Notes: generated by a model not told the origin, from the letters alone. A stretch of 64,000 nucleotides of DNA from Candidatus Bathyarchaeota archaeon (GCA_963771885.1 CAVYVF010000001.1:1-64000), one strand, 5' to 3'; numbered from the stretch's first letter, positions 30,855 through 42,276 are shown. Translations and numbers: made by a program.

Positions 30855-31948
30855 GTGAATTACGCTATTGAAACGATAAACCTGGTAAAACGCTACCCCA
30901 CCAATTCCAGAATTGCTACAGGCATACCTCGAGGCCCCACTCGGGGCTCAGTAGGATCACTCGGCGCCATAATAGAGGCCATCAAGGGTTCACAGGGTCC
31001 CTACATCGAAGCCCTGAAGGGAGTCAATCTGAAGATCCGAGAGGGGGAGATATTCGGGATCCTGGGACCAAATGGCGCCGGGAAGACGACCCTCATCAAG
31101 ATCCTGTGTACACTCGTCCTTCACGACGAGGGGGAAGTCTATATCAACGGCCACGACCCACAGACAGAGACTACAGAGGTCCTGAAAAACCTGCAAGCCG
31201 TTCTCCCGGAGAGCAGGGGTTTCAACTGGCGCCTCACAGGCAAACAGAATCTCGAGTTTTACGCCCTCCTCTATGGACTCAGCGACGCGGATGCTAGAGA
31301 GCGGATCAAGAATCTCCTCGACTTCACCGGATTAACAACGAGAGCTGATGACGGGATCCAGCGATATTCAACGGGAATGCAGAGGAGGCTACTCCTATGT
31401 AGGGCGCTTCTCAGGGACACCCCGATTATCGTCTTCGATGAGCCCACATCTGGTCTCGACCCATCATCAGGTGCAGAGTTCAGGAGGATGATTATAGATA
31501 GGCTAGCGAGAGAGGAGGGGAAAACAGTTCTTCTAAGCACTCATAACCTGCAGGAGGCGCAGGGACTCTGCGATAGACTCGCTATACTTGAGCGTGGAAA
31601 AGTCATCGCAATGGATACTCCTGACAACATTAGACACCTCGTGATTGAAGACCGACTTATGAGAATCACTCTGACGGGGCAACCTCTGTCGGAGACCGGC
31701 TCGTCAAGGTTCTTGAGGAGAATGATGGCGTCCATAGCGTAGTATCTGAATATGATAATGTCAGGGAGTTACAACATCTAACACTCCACGTCGCGAAGGA
31801 GATGGATCTATCAAACATCCTCAAGTCATTAACCTCGAGCAGCCTAAAGATCTACTCAGTGAACGTGGAGGAACCCTCCCTCGAGGATGCCTTTAACGTA
31901 ATTACGGGCCATGACACGGAGCAGGGGCACATGAATGGAGGCGCCTAG
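30855..31948 (+). CDS. ABC-2 type ATP-binding protein; frameshift near 31695
   Basis: GPNGAGKTT, YSTGM, FDEPTSGLD, STH; the shifted frame supplies C-terminal EEPSLEDAF. Confidence 0.9.
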
Positions 31949-32765
31949 ATGGATCTGCCCATCGCCTTGAAGCAAATCATAGCCTTCACCCAGAGGGACT
32001 TTCTCAGCTGGGCTACCTACCGCACCGCAGCGATGACGCAGATCGCTGGAATCCTGCTAGGGAGTGTTTAGCTGGGGAGTCGGTGCCGCCTATGTCCAGA
32101 GACCTGTGCAGGAGATGTATGGAAGCGATTACCTCTCGTTTCTCCTCGTAGGGGTCGCCGTGAGCAGCCTGATTATGCCACTGATGCAGGGCATCCAAAA
32201 CCAGCTAAATCCTTGGACCCTCGAAACTATCCTTATGACGGGGGTAAGCACCCCGATCTTCGTCCTAGGTAACATAATGTGGACATACATCTTCTCAATA
32301 ATCAGCTTCGTACCCTACTTGATAATCGGAGTATACTACTTTCACGCTTCAATCAACGCGAATATTCTCGCGATCATTCTCGCATTCATCATCTCCGCAG
32401 CCATTATGATGGGACTCGCAATGGTTTCGACGGGGCTTCGCATCATTACTAAGTCGATGGATCCGGTAACCTGGGTACTCACCGTGCTGGCCAGCCTATT
32501 CGCTGGAGTCGCGTTTCCAGTAACATATCTAGACTCCATACTGTTCCCAGGCGCCTCTAGTGTATCCTGGTTTCTCCCGCAGACCTGGGTATACCACCTG
32601 TTTCGATTATCCATGTTGACAAACCCCTCTCTATCAGATCCTGCGGTAATGCTAGCATTCATAGAGGGAGCAATATTCGCCATTATCATACTTCCTCTCG
32701 GTTACAAGGTGTTTTGGTGGGGCGTTAACAGATCAAAAAGAGAGGGAACCCTGGGGTGGTATTAG
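31949..32765 (+). CDS. ABC-2 permease; frameshift near 32060
   Basis: ATG 31949 MDLPIALKQIIAFTQRDFLSW... joins ORF 32064; DYLSFLLVG, LETILMT, FAGVAFP, KREGTLGWY. Confidence 0.88.
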
Positions 32766-32925
32766 TCAAAGTTTATTCGCTAGATCAGACGCATGCGCAC
32801 GCACAGCCTATAAGAGGATTCTCGACAACCTATCTGAATACTTCTCACAGGACCCTCGTTAATCAAAGGGCGTGCATACTCACTAGTCTTTTCCATGCCT
32901 AAACAGACTTTAATCACAATTACCC

Positions 32926-34249
32926 ATGAGGACCAAGAAAAGTATGAAATCATCGGTGCATCTTTTAGTTCTAGATCCCGGTCATTTCCACGCAGCTTTG
33001 TTGCAGAAATTCATGTATCCGGAGATCAACCAGATTGTAAACGTCTATGCTCCAAAGGGTCCGGAACTTGAGGAACATCTCAAACTAATCGATGGATTTA
33101 ACAGTCGTTTAAAGAACCCGACGAATTGGGATGAACGAGTCTACTCTGGATCCGATTATTTACAGAAAATGTTAGACGACAAAGCGGGTAACGTTGTCAT
33201 AATAGCGGGCAACAGCACACGTAAAATGAGCTACATCCTAAGCTCATTGGAGGCGGGATTCAACGTTTTAGCCGATAAACCGATGGCAGTCACACGCAGT
33301 GACTTCGAGCTCCTCCGACGAGCCTTCGAAATAGCGGAAGGAAATAAAGTCCTTCTCTATGACATAATGACTGAGCGATATGATGTAACTAACATCATTC
33401 AGAGAGAATTAGTCAGCAAGCCGAGGGTTTTCGGCGTACTTGAGAAAGGCTCCCCAGAAGAACCAGCGGTAGTGGTGGAGACTCTTCACCAGCTCCATAA
33501 AAGAGTCGATAATAAGACCCTGAAACGTCCCAGTTGGTTCTTTGACACGCGCCACCAGGGCGGAGCAATTGCCGATGTTGGAACGCACCTCGTTGACCTG
33601 GTTCAGTGGATGTGTTTCCCTGACCAGATCTTAGACTGGAGAAATGACGTCAAGATAATCTACAGTAAACGCTGGCCCACCAAACTGTCACTCGCTCAAT
33701 TCCGATCAATAACCGGCCTAGACGAGTTTCCAGAACAGCTCAAAGAATATCTAACACCCGACAATTGCTTACTAGCGGATAAAAACGGTGAAGTTCTGTA
33801 CACCCTCCGGGGTGTTCACATACTATTGAGGACTCTCTGGAACTTCGATCCTGAACCGGGTGCATGCGACACTCATTGGTCAGTAATAAGGGGGAGCAAC
33901 GCTAACCTCACCGTAACGCAGGGCATCGAGGAAAAAGTGGAAACGAGTGCTCTTCATTGAGAAGAAGATCGCGGTATCAAATGTTGAATTTGAGAAAAGG
34001 CTGATCGCCTCGATATCCTCGCTTCGTGAACGGTGGCATGGTCTAGGAATCAAGGCTAAGGGAGATAACTGGGAAGTTACTATACCTGAGGAAGCTGAGA
34101 CAAGCCACGAGGACCATTTTTCGCAGGTGATTGAACGATTCCTGCGTTACATTGCTGTAGGCAGGTTACCCGAGTGGGAGATGCATTCCATGATCGCGAA
34201 GTATTTCACGACCACGGAGGCGAACGACCCTGAAAGTAACGCTACATGA
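32926..34249 (+). CDS. Gfo/Idh/MocA-like oxidoreductase; frameshift in an A-run near 33935
   Basis: LDPGHFHAALLQK, NVLADKPM, YDIMTERY, DVGTHLVDLVQW, HEDHFSQV, AKYFTTT. Confidence 0.85.
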
Positions 34250-34495
34250 TATTCACGACGGCACCCAAGACAGGAAATAATACAGGTACCGCCAAGACTA
34301 GCTTCAGTGTAAAATGATGCGCGCCAATTAACTTTGGATTTAAATCTCTCAAAATTAATGTGAGATGTCATAAGTTAGTTTAATACACGTTCGACATCGC
34401 GTGCGTAACGATCTTAACTGGGTAGTCGCGCGCATCATCCCCGCACTCGCTAAGCCATTATAAGTCTCATATGACACACTAAATTACTGACGGCC

Positions 34496-34735
34496 ATGGC
34501 GGAAGGGGAGATAATCGGGGCGATCGTGCTGCTAGTGTTCGCCACCATCCTAGAATTTGTCAGTCTCTGGCAGATAGAGATAGTGAGTTGGAACACAGAT
34601 GAGAACTTCGAGTTCCCCTTCTTCGCCAAGATCGTGAACAAGTGGATTGCGAGGGACTTTTGGTACGGGGTTCAGATAATTGGGTGGATACTGACCATCG
34701 TCGCCGCCGCATACCTAGGAAAACTCCTATTATAA
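34496..34735 (+). CDS. Small 2-TM membrane protein
   Basis: 79 aa with two hydrophobic helices around WNTDENFEFPFF. Confidence 0.65.
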   Translation: MAEGEIIGAIVLLVFATILEFVSLWQIEIVSWNTDENFEFPFFAKIVNKWIARDFWYGVQIIGWILTIVAAAYLGKLLL

Positions 34736-34971
34736 AACAGAGCACGCGGCGAAAATAGGGCAAAACAACGTGTACGCTACATAAGACAGCTATTAACTGA
34801 ACACACCCTCCACGTTTTCCAAAAATGTGCACGCAGGTGTCAGATCCCGACCAACACGCTTATACCCACTCGTATAAGCGGATGAAAAAAACCGATGAAA
34901 GAGTATATTAGCTTGAAATAATCATATGCGAAGATTAATCTTCTCCCAGGTTACAGACTGTTGAAGGGTTT

Positions 34972-35247
34972 ATGGATAAGCGACTGCTAGCCGGTTTGAG
35001 CCTGATGAGTGCGTTTTCACTCCGACAGCTCGACCCCAACTTGATAAATCAGATCGTCGCCGACATAAGTCTCACACAATACCTAACCCTTCTGATAACC
35101 GGATCAGTATTATTGGATTGGCTTAAGTGTGCAGGGTGGAGAGACAAAATTCCCTTCTACTTGATAAAGTGCGAGAAACATGGCTATCAGCTCAGTTATC
35201 CGAGTGGATACGGAATGAAATTATTCTGCCCAAAATGCGTCGAATAA
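34972..35247 (+). CDS. Small protein with hydrophobic N-terminus and CxxH...CxxC zinc ribbon
   Basis: FYLIKCEKHGYQLSYPSGYGMKLFCPKC. Confidence 0.7.
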   Translation: MDKRLLAGLSLMSAFSLRQLDPNLINQIVADISLTQYLTLLITGSVLLDWLKCAGWRDKIPFYLIKCEKHGYQLSYPSGYGMKLFCPKCVE

Positions 35248-35267
35248 TCAGCTAATAATTATACAGT

Positions 35268-35278
35268 CGCGCGCGCGT
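35268..35278. repeat. Intergenic (CG)5 tract
   Basis: cgcgcgcgcgt. Confidence 0.85.
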
Positions 35279-35349
35279 TCGTAACGTATTCATGCACTAC
35301 AACCCTTTTAATGCGCAAAAGTTCATAATATGAGAAGGAGGCCTAAAAA

Positions 35350-35556
35350 ATGGAAACCCTAGAATTATCCAAATGCGAACTCTGCGGAAAGACTGGAGAA
35401 GACCTGACACTACTCGGAGTCAGACACAAAGAGTTAGGCTGGATCGAGATCTGTGGAGACTGCTGGAAAAACAGCTACAATGAAAATAGTCTAGTAGCCG
35501 GGACAGGCGGTAAAAGCGGGGGCTGCAGCGGCTGCTGTGGCTGCAAATCCTGCTAA
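35350..35556 (+). CDS. Small Cys-rich metal-binding protein
   Basis: GGAGG RBS; CELC...CGDC plus C-terminal GGCSGCCGCKSC. Confidence 0.75.
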   Translation: METLELSKCELCGKTGEDLTLLGVRHKELGWIEICGDCWKNSYNENSLVAGTGGKSGGCSGCCGCKSC

Positions 35557-35718
35557 ACACAATTCTCTCGTCGCTCCCCCTTAGGAAGCGAAACCCTATA
35601 CGAGACCAACAAATATGTTGGCGTGCAATATTGAATTACACCAGTGCGATTTCTAACGCGCGCATGACATTGGAACGCCTAAGACAATCTCCCCAACCTT
35701 ACCAATGCAATCGACTCT

Positions 35719-35925
35719 ATGACACGCCGCCAACCCGCACCGACTCGCCCCGTCGAAAAACACTCCACCCAGGTTACCCTCGCCGAGTGGCTCGTCGCAA
35801 CATGCGCATACGAGCCTATTAGCCTCAAAATCCCCCAGCAAACTCGCCCTCTCAAGCAATACATGAAGATGCGTGCTCGGGTAGGCGAAGCTGCACAACT
35901 TTTCCCGCTGAACCATAAACCGTAG
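35719..35925 (+). CDS. Small hypothetical protein (strand uncertain)
   Basis: 68-aa ATG ORF bounded by (CG)n tracts; competing minus-strand ORFs overlap it. Confidence 0.35.
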   Translation: MTRRQPAPTRPVEKHSTQVTLAEWLVATCAYEPISLKIPQQTRPLKQYMKMRARVGEAAQLFPLNHKP

Positions 35926-36063
35926 CCATGTCCAAACCCCTTTTTGACCTTTACGGATTTAACCATTAAATCCGCGCACACTTAAGGAGGGCAGAGCGCG
36001 AAGAATCCTCGTAAACGTCTTAGACATGCAGCTGCGCCAACTCCTACGCAATCCAAACCCAAT

Positions 36064-36666
36064 ATGTTTAAAGGACATCATGGTACACATTTTTTGATGA
36101 TTCTGAATAAAGATGACACAATATTCTCGCTACTAGCCATAATGGTCTTCTTTGTTTTCATAACAACTTTTTTCGGAATCATGGCAAACCCACAGATTGA
36201 GTATGGTTTAGCCTCAAACATAACCGCCAACGACACAATAAATGTTGACGAATACATTCGAATCAACGTCACAGTGAAAAACGCTGGTTATCTTTTAAGT
36301 AGCACCAAGGTGACGGTGAGGTTCTATAACTTAACAAGTCAGAATCACGATTACCTAGCCATCGACAAGGGAAACTATAGCGAACAAACCATACCCTTCG
36401 ACCTCAACACAGGGGATACAAAGCAAAAACAAATTGAATTGACCTTCCTCCCAAAAGAAAACGCTAACAACCTAGTCCTCTACGCGTACGCCGCGAAGAA
36501 TTATAGTGGCGACCTAGTTCAAAACTATGGCACAAGCTTCAGCACCATCACACTCACTGGGAAAAACGTGCTATTATTGAGCAAAGAAGGCGAAATCTAC
36601 AAGAAAGGTGGTCAAGAGGAATTTAACGAGCTTTTAAAAACGTACCCCAATCTCCTCAAACGATAA
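36064..36666 (+). CDS. Membrane-anchored protein with Ig/CARDB-like domain
   Basis: N-terminal TM, then INVTVKNAG beta-strand pattern and several N-x-S/T sequons. Confidence 0.65.
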   Translation: MFKGHHGTHFLMILNKDDTIFSLLAIMVFFVFITTFFGIMANPQIEYGLASNITANDTINVDEYIRINVTVKNAGYLLSSTKVTVRFYNLTSQNHDYLAIDKGNYSEQTIPFDLNTGDTKQKQIELTFLPKENANNLVLYAYAAKNYSGDLVQNYGTSFSTITLTGKNVLLLSKEGEIYKKGGQEEFNELLKTYPNLLKR

Positions 36667-36694
36667 TATTTACGCGTTAAAGAGTCGGCGTGCG

Positions 36695-37153
36695 TTATCG
36701 AATATTAGTTATTAGCCCGACCAAAATTGTAAACCAAGCCACGCCGAATATTACGGGTAGAAACTGGGTGACGTATGACAGACTTAGATAAGGCCTCTTT
36801 TGGGCTAGTGACTCGATTTCAACATAGCACTTGAACCGGTCTAACTCGGCATCCAGTTTAATGACTTGCTCCCTCCACCTCTGCTGGAAGTATACCGCAC
36901 CCCTCATCACGAGGAACCAGACTAAAGCCACACCGAGGCCGAGCAGAGGTATGCTAAGGCTAAGAAGTTTTGGGCTCACCTCAAGCCCGGGATAAGTTAC
37001 TACGAAGGCTGAGAAGAGGCCCGCATGCGCGACAAGAAAAAAGTTCGCTCGCGACCAGAACTCGCGGGTATCCTGCTTAAAATGGTCGACAACCATCTGA
37101 TAGACGACGAGGTCGCTCACACATGTAGCATCTTTAGAGTCGCTCATACCCAT
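36695..37153 (-). CDS. Small 3-TM protein resembling the RipA/Rip1 octameric membrane protein family
   Basis: REFWSRANFFLVAHAGLF...LGLGVALVWFL...W...IKLDAEL...LPVIFGVAW. Confidence 0.55.
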   Translation of the reverse strand: MGMSDSKDATCVSDLVVYQMVVDHFKQDTREFWSRANFFLVAHAGLFSAFVVTYPGLEVSPKLLSLSIPLLGLGVALVWFLVMRGAVYFQQRWREQVIKLDAELDRFKCYVEIESLAQKRPYLSLSYVTQFLPVIFGVAWFTILVGLITNIR

Positions 37154-37266
37154 CGACTCTACTGTTGTCAACATCCGCCTAAAAGTATGAGCAGTTGAGC
37201 CCATCCCTTGACTGAATGATTTCAAATAGTAAGTTGCCTCGAGTAAATACAAAGTCCCATGCCGGG

Positions 37267-39148
37267 ATGGCTATGGCTGAGGAGAGAGACAAATACACAA
37301 GGAGCAGCCTTGTGATCGGTATCAACTTCCTCTTCTTCTTCCTCGGCATACTCGTGGTTGACATCTACGAGGAGGCGCTCTGGTTCAACTATACCCTGGT
37401 CATGCTCACATTCTTCTTCGCGCTCTTCGTCGCCATCGGCCTAAGCTTCCTCAACAGGACCCCAGTTGGAGGGGTGATAATCGGGTTATCCCTATCCGGG
37501 TCTTACTGGATCGGCTTCCTGACAAGCCTACTCATCAAGTTCAGATTCACCTCGAACACGGACGCCATCAAGATCTTTCGGGCCCTACGCGCTATACGTC
37601 GCCGGAGCCTTCTCATGTCTGGGACTCTTCTTCGGGGTGCTTGGCTACCTCTCCGAGCGCCTCTTCATCGAAAACCCGATCATCGAGACCTACGTATACC
37701 GCGATTACTGGTCGAACGTCTACGGTCTAGGCAAGAACGTCAGGAGGGAGTACGAGAGCCTTGACAGGAAACTGACCCGCGCACACGTAACCGTCGGCGA
37801 CTGGTGGAGGCAGCAAATCCACCGCATCAAACAGGTAAAACCGGAACTCATGTACGTGGGCAACCCCTCAAAGACCGCGGGGAATAGGTTCGGCGACGTC
37901 TACGAGATCTCCTCAGGTAAGGGCCTCTACCAGGGCATAGTCGACCCCAGCGACCTCATCGGCGTCTATAAACCGACCATAATCAGCATCCCGAGGACCT
38001 CGGATGAGGTTGGGGGAGGTAGGAGGCTCGCCTTCGAGGAGCTTGTTTCGAGGCTTCTGGGCTGGTTCGCCCAGTCTAGGGTAATCTGGGCGTTATACTT
38101 AGCAGCTTCATCGGTCTTCACCTACTCACTCTATGCATATTTCGATGGATTGGTGAAGTCATGGGGGAGCTACCTGTATAACAGCGACATCGAGGCCCTA
38201 TTGATTACGGGCGTCGCTCTCTCCTCAATCACCCTGTATTTCGTCTACAGGTTTAGGTCGATATCTAAAACGCTTTTCGAGAATCGGCCGGACGAGAGGA
38301 CGATGGTATTCGCCGTATACGTGATTCTATTCATGTTTTACGGACTGTATTATCAGGTCATCACCTCTATGGATGTCGTTATGCTAAACATGGTGTCCCT
38401 CTTCGACATAGGTCCCACGCCATGGATCATCGCGATAAAGTGGTTTCTGATCTTCACAGCGATTCTCACCATCACATACGTCTTCATCCACAGAGAGTGC
38501 GAAATCTCAAATGTCTACCTCTACGACAATTCAACCAAAGGCGACACCTTGTCTTCGCCTTCCCCCTATCGCGACGAGAGGGATCGGCCGCATTGGCTGC
38601 AGGACGACGGGGTTGCTCAGTACTGGGTTCTACGCTTCATGTACTTCTGGCGCTACGAGCTAACCCTGATCCCCCACAAGGACTGGGAGAGGGTTGAGGT
38701 ATGGGTCGACGCGAAGACGGGTGAGGCAAAGTGGATAGTCAGCGACTACCACTACAGAGAGCTCTGGTACAAAGTCGAGGGAGATCTTCGAAATATGGGG
38801 CTTCACGTCGGATTCCTCGCAAACTTCCACACCCCGATACCATACGTGATCGAGGGTGAACTCAAAAGGTTCAGGGACATTCTTAGCGAGAGTAGAAGGA
38901 GCCTCCTGAAGCTGCTAGCGAACGGCCGACTATACATGGGGGGCTCGATCGAGAAGAATTACTGCGTCTCTCACCCCGCGGACTGGGTTGAGGGCTTCGG
39001 GTTAAAGGGACTAGCCGCGAACTTTTGCAGCGACCTCAACTGGTGTTACTGGCGCTATCCCTGGGGAATCGACGACTTGGATAGATACAGGGAGTATCCC
39101 TCGGCACTCCCGGAGGAGCAACCAGGTTTCTCGCTGGGCGCCGCCTAG
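37267..39148 (+). CDS. Large multi-TM protein with C-terminal HxDWE-motif soluble domain; frameshift near 37577
   Basis: Joins ORFs 37216 and 37637 (KIF|GPYALYVAGAF); C-terminal RFMYFW...PHKDWERVEVWVD...SDYHY...FHTP. Confidence 0.7.
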
Positions 39149-39150
39149 GC

Positions 39151-39537
39151 TCATTCCTCAGTGAGGAACCCGAGCATTCTCTCCGCGAATCTTTTGAAGG
39201 GCACCCGAATGTACTTTGTTACCTCGGGTGAGGGCTGGAAGAAGCCTCTCCTTGTTAGATCGAAGCCCAAGCCAGTGTAGTCGTCCACTATGACCGCCCT
39301 TATCGAGTCGAGCCCCCTGAGTTTCGCCGCCCTGAATCGGTGGTGGCCGTCGAGAACGGCGTAGAGGGTCTTTGATGGGTGCTTGATGACGATTATGGGA
39401 GTAATTTTCCTAGGGTCGTGTCTAGTTAGGTCTCTGGCATAGCCCTCGTCGATTAGGTCGTCACTCTCAATTTGCGCGAGTGGGAGCTCTACGGCGTGCT
39501 CATCTGGGTTGATGTATGCTGTGATTAGATCTGTCAT
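39151..39537 (-). CDS. ParB-N / sulfiredoxin-like domain protein
   Basis: ITPIIVIK...YAVLDGHHRFRAAKLRG...IRAVI. Confidence 0.85.
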   Translation of the reverse strand: MTDLITAYINPDEHAVELPLAQIESDDLIDEGYARDLTRHDPRKITPIIVIKHPSKTLYAVLDGHHRFRAAKLRGLDSIRAVIVDDYTGLGFDLTRRGFFQPSPEVTKYIRVPFKRFAERMLGFLTEE

Positions 39538-39751
39538 CGGGCTATTCTTTCTAGTGTTAAGGTGCTTATTGCATTATTGGAGGGCACGTAATGAACGTAC
39601 ACAGCGTCGAATGCACCTAGCGGCGTGCACGTACATAGAGGTAGACATCCACGAGCGTCCTAACCAGTACCAGAATAACTAGGAAACCCATATTCCCCCG
39701 CGCGCGACTCTAGCGAGTGCGTTAGTAGGGACCCAATAGCAAACATACGAG

Positions 39752-40966
39752 TCACTCTGATGGTTTTGACCCCTTTTTTCTCTCGAGCTGTCTCCGACTA
39801 TAAGTCTCAACCCCGAATACCGCCGTGATGACCCCGCTCACGAGCACTATCCCCGCCATGAAATAGAACGGGGTCTTGAGATCAGTCGTATCAGCAAGCA
39901 CCCCCATGAGGAGAGGCCCTAGGATGAACGCAATGTCACCAAAGAACCTGAACACCCCCATGCTTATTCCACGAGGCTCCTTGTCCGTCGCATCCGTTAC
40001 CATCGCAAAGGGCGCCTGCCCACTACCGATCGTCGCAACGCCCATGAAGACCGCCGCCAGGCTTAGAGAGAGGTAATCACCTGTGAAAGGGTAGATGGCG
40101 CAGGAGACCGCGGATAATAGCAGAGCAATCCAAGTGATCGGCTTCCTGCCAAAGTAATCCACGCAGAATCCAACAGGCATAGTGAGAAGGAGCCCCATCA
40201 ACGACGCATAAGTCAACACCGTCCCGATGCTCACCTGATCAAGGCCTAAAACGCTGCTGGCATAGAGGCTAATCATGTAACCCCGGATACCGGTCATCAT
40301 CAGAAAACCAGAGAAACTCGCAATACAAGCTATGGCGAAGGCTCGGATCCCGAGAAGGTGGCGAACATAGCCGATGCTGAACACGTGCGAACCCCCCTCA
40401 ACTTTACGGGGAGGCTCAATCAAGAAGAAGTAGCTAAGCAACATACTCGCGATCCCAGCGATGAAGTACGCCATGAAGGGCGCCCGGATCCCCCAATACT
40501 CCGCGACGAATCCTCCTACCGTAGGCCCCATCGAGGAACCGAGGAGCATGAAAGTGGAAAAGTAACCCATTACGCGGCCCCTCTCCTCCGGCTTCAACAT
40601 ATCCGCCAGAATCGAAGTACGCGCCGTCTGCCACATGCTAGAGCCTACACCCTGTATGAATCGAAGAGCGATGAACCAGGCAAAGTCCGGAGCGTAAAAG
40701 TTAAAGAAAGCGCCAAAAGCGAGCAGAATCGTACCCATGACTGTTAATCGGCGACCACCTATGCGATCCGCGAGAATCCCCATGGGGATATCCGCGATCA
40801 GCCGCCCCACAGCGTACATACTAACCGCGAGGCTGACCAAGGTATAAGAAACCCCGAAGCTCTTCGCGTAGAGTGGCAGACTGGGAGTAACTATGTTCAT
40901 CCCTAGGAAGACAAAGAAAGTCGGCAAGTAAAGCGAGAGAAAGTCGTTAAACTTAGAGCGCTCCAA
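39752..40966 (-). CDS. MFS transporter
   Basis: GILADRIGGRR and DYFGRK motif-A repeats; about 12 TM. Confidence 0.93.
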   Translation of the reverse strand: MERSKFNDFLSLYLPTFFVFLGMNIVTPSLPLYAKSFGVSYTLVSLAVSMYAVGRLIADIPMGILADRIGGRRLTVMGTILLAFGAFFNFYAPDFAWFIALRFIQGVGSSMWQTARTSILADMLKPEERGRVMGYFSTFMLLGSSMGPTVGGFVAEYWGIRAPFMAYFIAGIASMLLSYFFLIEPPRKVEGGSHVFSIGYVRHLLGIRAFAIACIASFSGFLMMTGIRGYMISLYASSVLGLDQVSIGTVLTYASLMGLLLTMPVGFCVDYFGRKPITWIALLLSAVSCAIYPFTGDYLSLSLAAVFMGVATIGSGQAPFAMVTDATDKEPRGISMGVFRFFGDIAFILGPLLMGVLADTTDLKTPFYFMAGIVLVSGVITAVFGVETYSRRQLERKKGSKPSE

Positions 40967-41135
40967 CTCATACTCCTCAACAGCCTCTAGTACTTAACCT
41001 TCAGTCAAGCACTGATGAAGCGAGCAGCACATCTTCCATGACTCGGGTTGGGGAAGTATGGCCTCTCGAAGATTACTGCATAAGAAAGGCACTTATGCAC
41101 TGCCACAAACTCACACCGTTTTTATTTTTCGCGGG

Positions 41136-41633
41136 CTACTTGGCATGAGGCGCCTCATCTTTCGGTTGTTTGACGACGAAGAGGCAGTGAGGATCGTCCT
41201 TCGTGAGTATCTCCGGGATTTGCACGTCTATATCTGGGCGGTAGGTCTGCCAAAATGCGTGGTGGAAATTCTGGCAGTAAACGAGGCCGAGGTCGGTGCC
41301 GTCGTGTGAGCGCCAAACCTTCTCGTAGGGGCATGCGTAGGTATAGCTTATCAACTCGTTATCTGTAAAGACCTTCCTCTCCTTTTTCGTGCCGGAAGTG
41401 CCGGGGAGGTCGTATACCTCGAAGAGACTGCGCATGTTAATGGGTAGATTCATTTCCTCATGCCTCACCCGGAGCCGCTCCCCCCGTGCAGCCCCATAGC
41501 TCCTCACGGCCCTCACTAACGCCGCCCTCCCCTCCTCGCCGAAGCTGTCAACCATCTCCTTAGCGAAGATGTAATACATCAGGCTCCACAGGTCGCCGAA
41601 CTCGTCGATATCCCTCTGAGATACCAAGGTCAT
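41136..41633 (-). CDS. L-2-amino-thiazoline-4-carboxylic acid hydrolase-like (V4R-related) protein
   Basis: FGEEG...AVRSYGAARG...CPYEKVW...GLVYC...DDPHCLF. Confidence 0.75.
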   Translation of the reverse strand: MTLVSQRDIDEFGDLWSLMYYIFAKEMVDSFGEEGRAALVRAVRSYGAARGERLRVRHEEMNLPINMRSLFEVYDLPGTSGTKKERKVFTDNELISYTYACPYEKVWRSHDGTDLGLVYCQNFHHAFWQTYRPDIDVQIPEILTKDDPHCLFVVKQPKDEAPHAK

Positions 41634-41778
41634 CCATAAAATGGATGGCTCATTGGGTTAAAATTTCTCGCTTTGCACTGAGCTCGCGCCAAAGGAGCTA
41701 GCCTGTGTCCCGGTTTTTAATTGGTAACTGTTCGTCACTTTATATCACGCTGTTTCCCTACTTCACCTGGAGATTGGC

Positions 41779-42276
41779 TTGGAGTTTAACGAAGTTCTGT
41801 CGAGTAGGAGAAGTATCCGCAAATACAAGGAGACCATCATCAAGAGGGAAACGATTCTGAGCATCCTCGAAGCCGCGAGGATAGCCCCATCAGCAAGCAA
41901 CAAGCAGCCCTGGCACTTCATAATAGTTGAAAACAGGGAGACGATAAAGCAGCTCGCGAAATCAGAGTGGGCCCAGAATGCGCCACTCATGATCATCGGC
42001 TTGGCAGATCAGGAAGCCTCCCCCAGTTGGTGCGGCAACGACTTGGGCATCGCGTTCGAGCACATCGCCTTGGCCGTCACTAATCTCGGCCTCGGGGGAT
42101 GCTGGATGGGTCAGACCGGCCGAGAGGACATGATTCGGAAGCTGCTGAACATCCCCGACAGGCTTAAGCCGGTTGCGGTAATGCCAATCGGCGTGCCCGA
42201 TGAGAGCCCTCCGGCAAAGGAGAGGAAGAGTCTAAGCGACATCGTAAGCTGGGAGAAGTACGGCAAATCAAAATAA
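41779..42276 (+). CDS. Nitroreductase family protein
   Basis: RRSIRKY, APSASNKQPWHF, LGLGGCWMG, IGVPDE, RK. Confidence 0.93.
   Translation: MEFNEVLSSRRSIRKYKETIIKRETILSILEAARIAPSASNKQPWHFIIVENRETIKQLAKSEWAQNAPLMIIGLADQEASPSWCGNDLGIAFEHIALAVTNLGLGGCWMGQTGREDMIRKLLNIPDRLKPVAVMPIGVPDESPPAKERKSLSDIVSWEKYGKSK

Noticed and set aside
39151..39537. Plasmid or provirus partition system
   Set aside because: Only a short ParB-N/Srx domain; no ParA, HTH, integrase or replication gene nearby.
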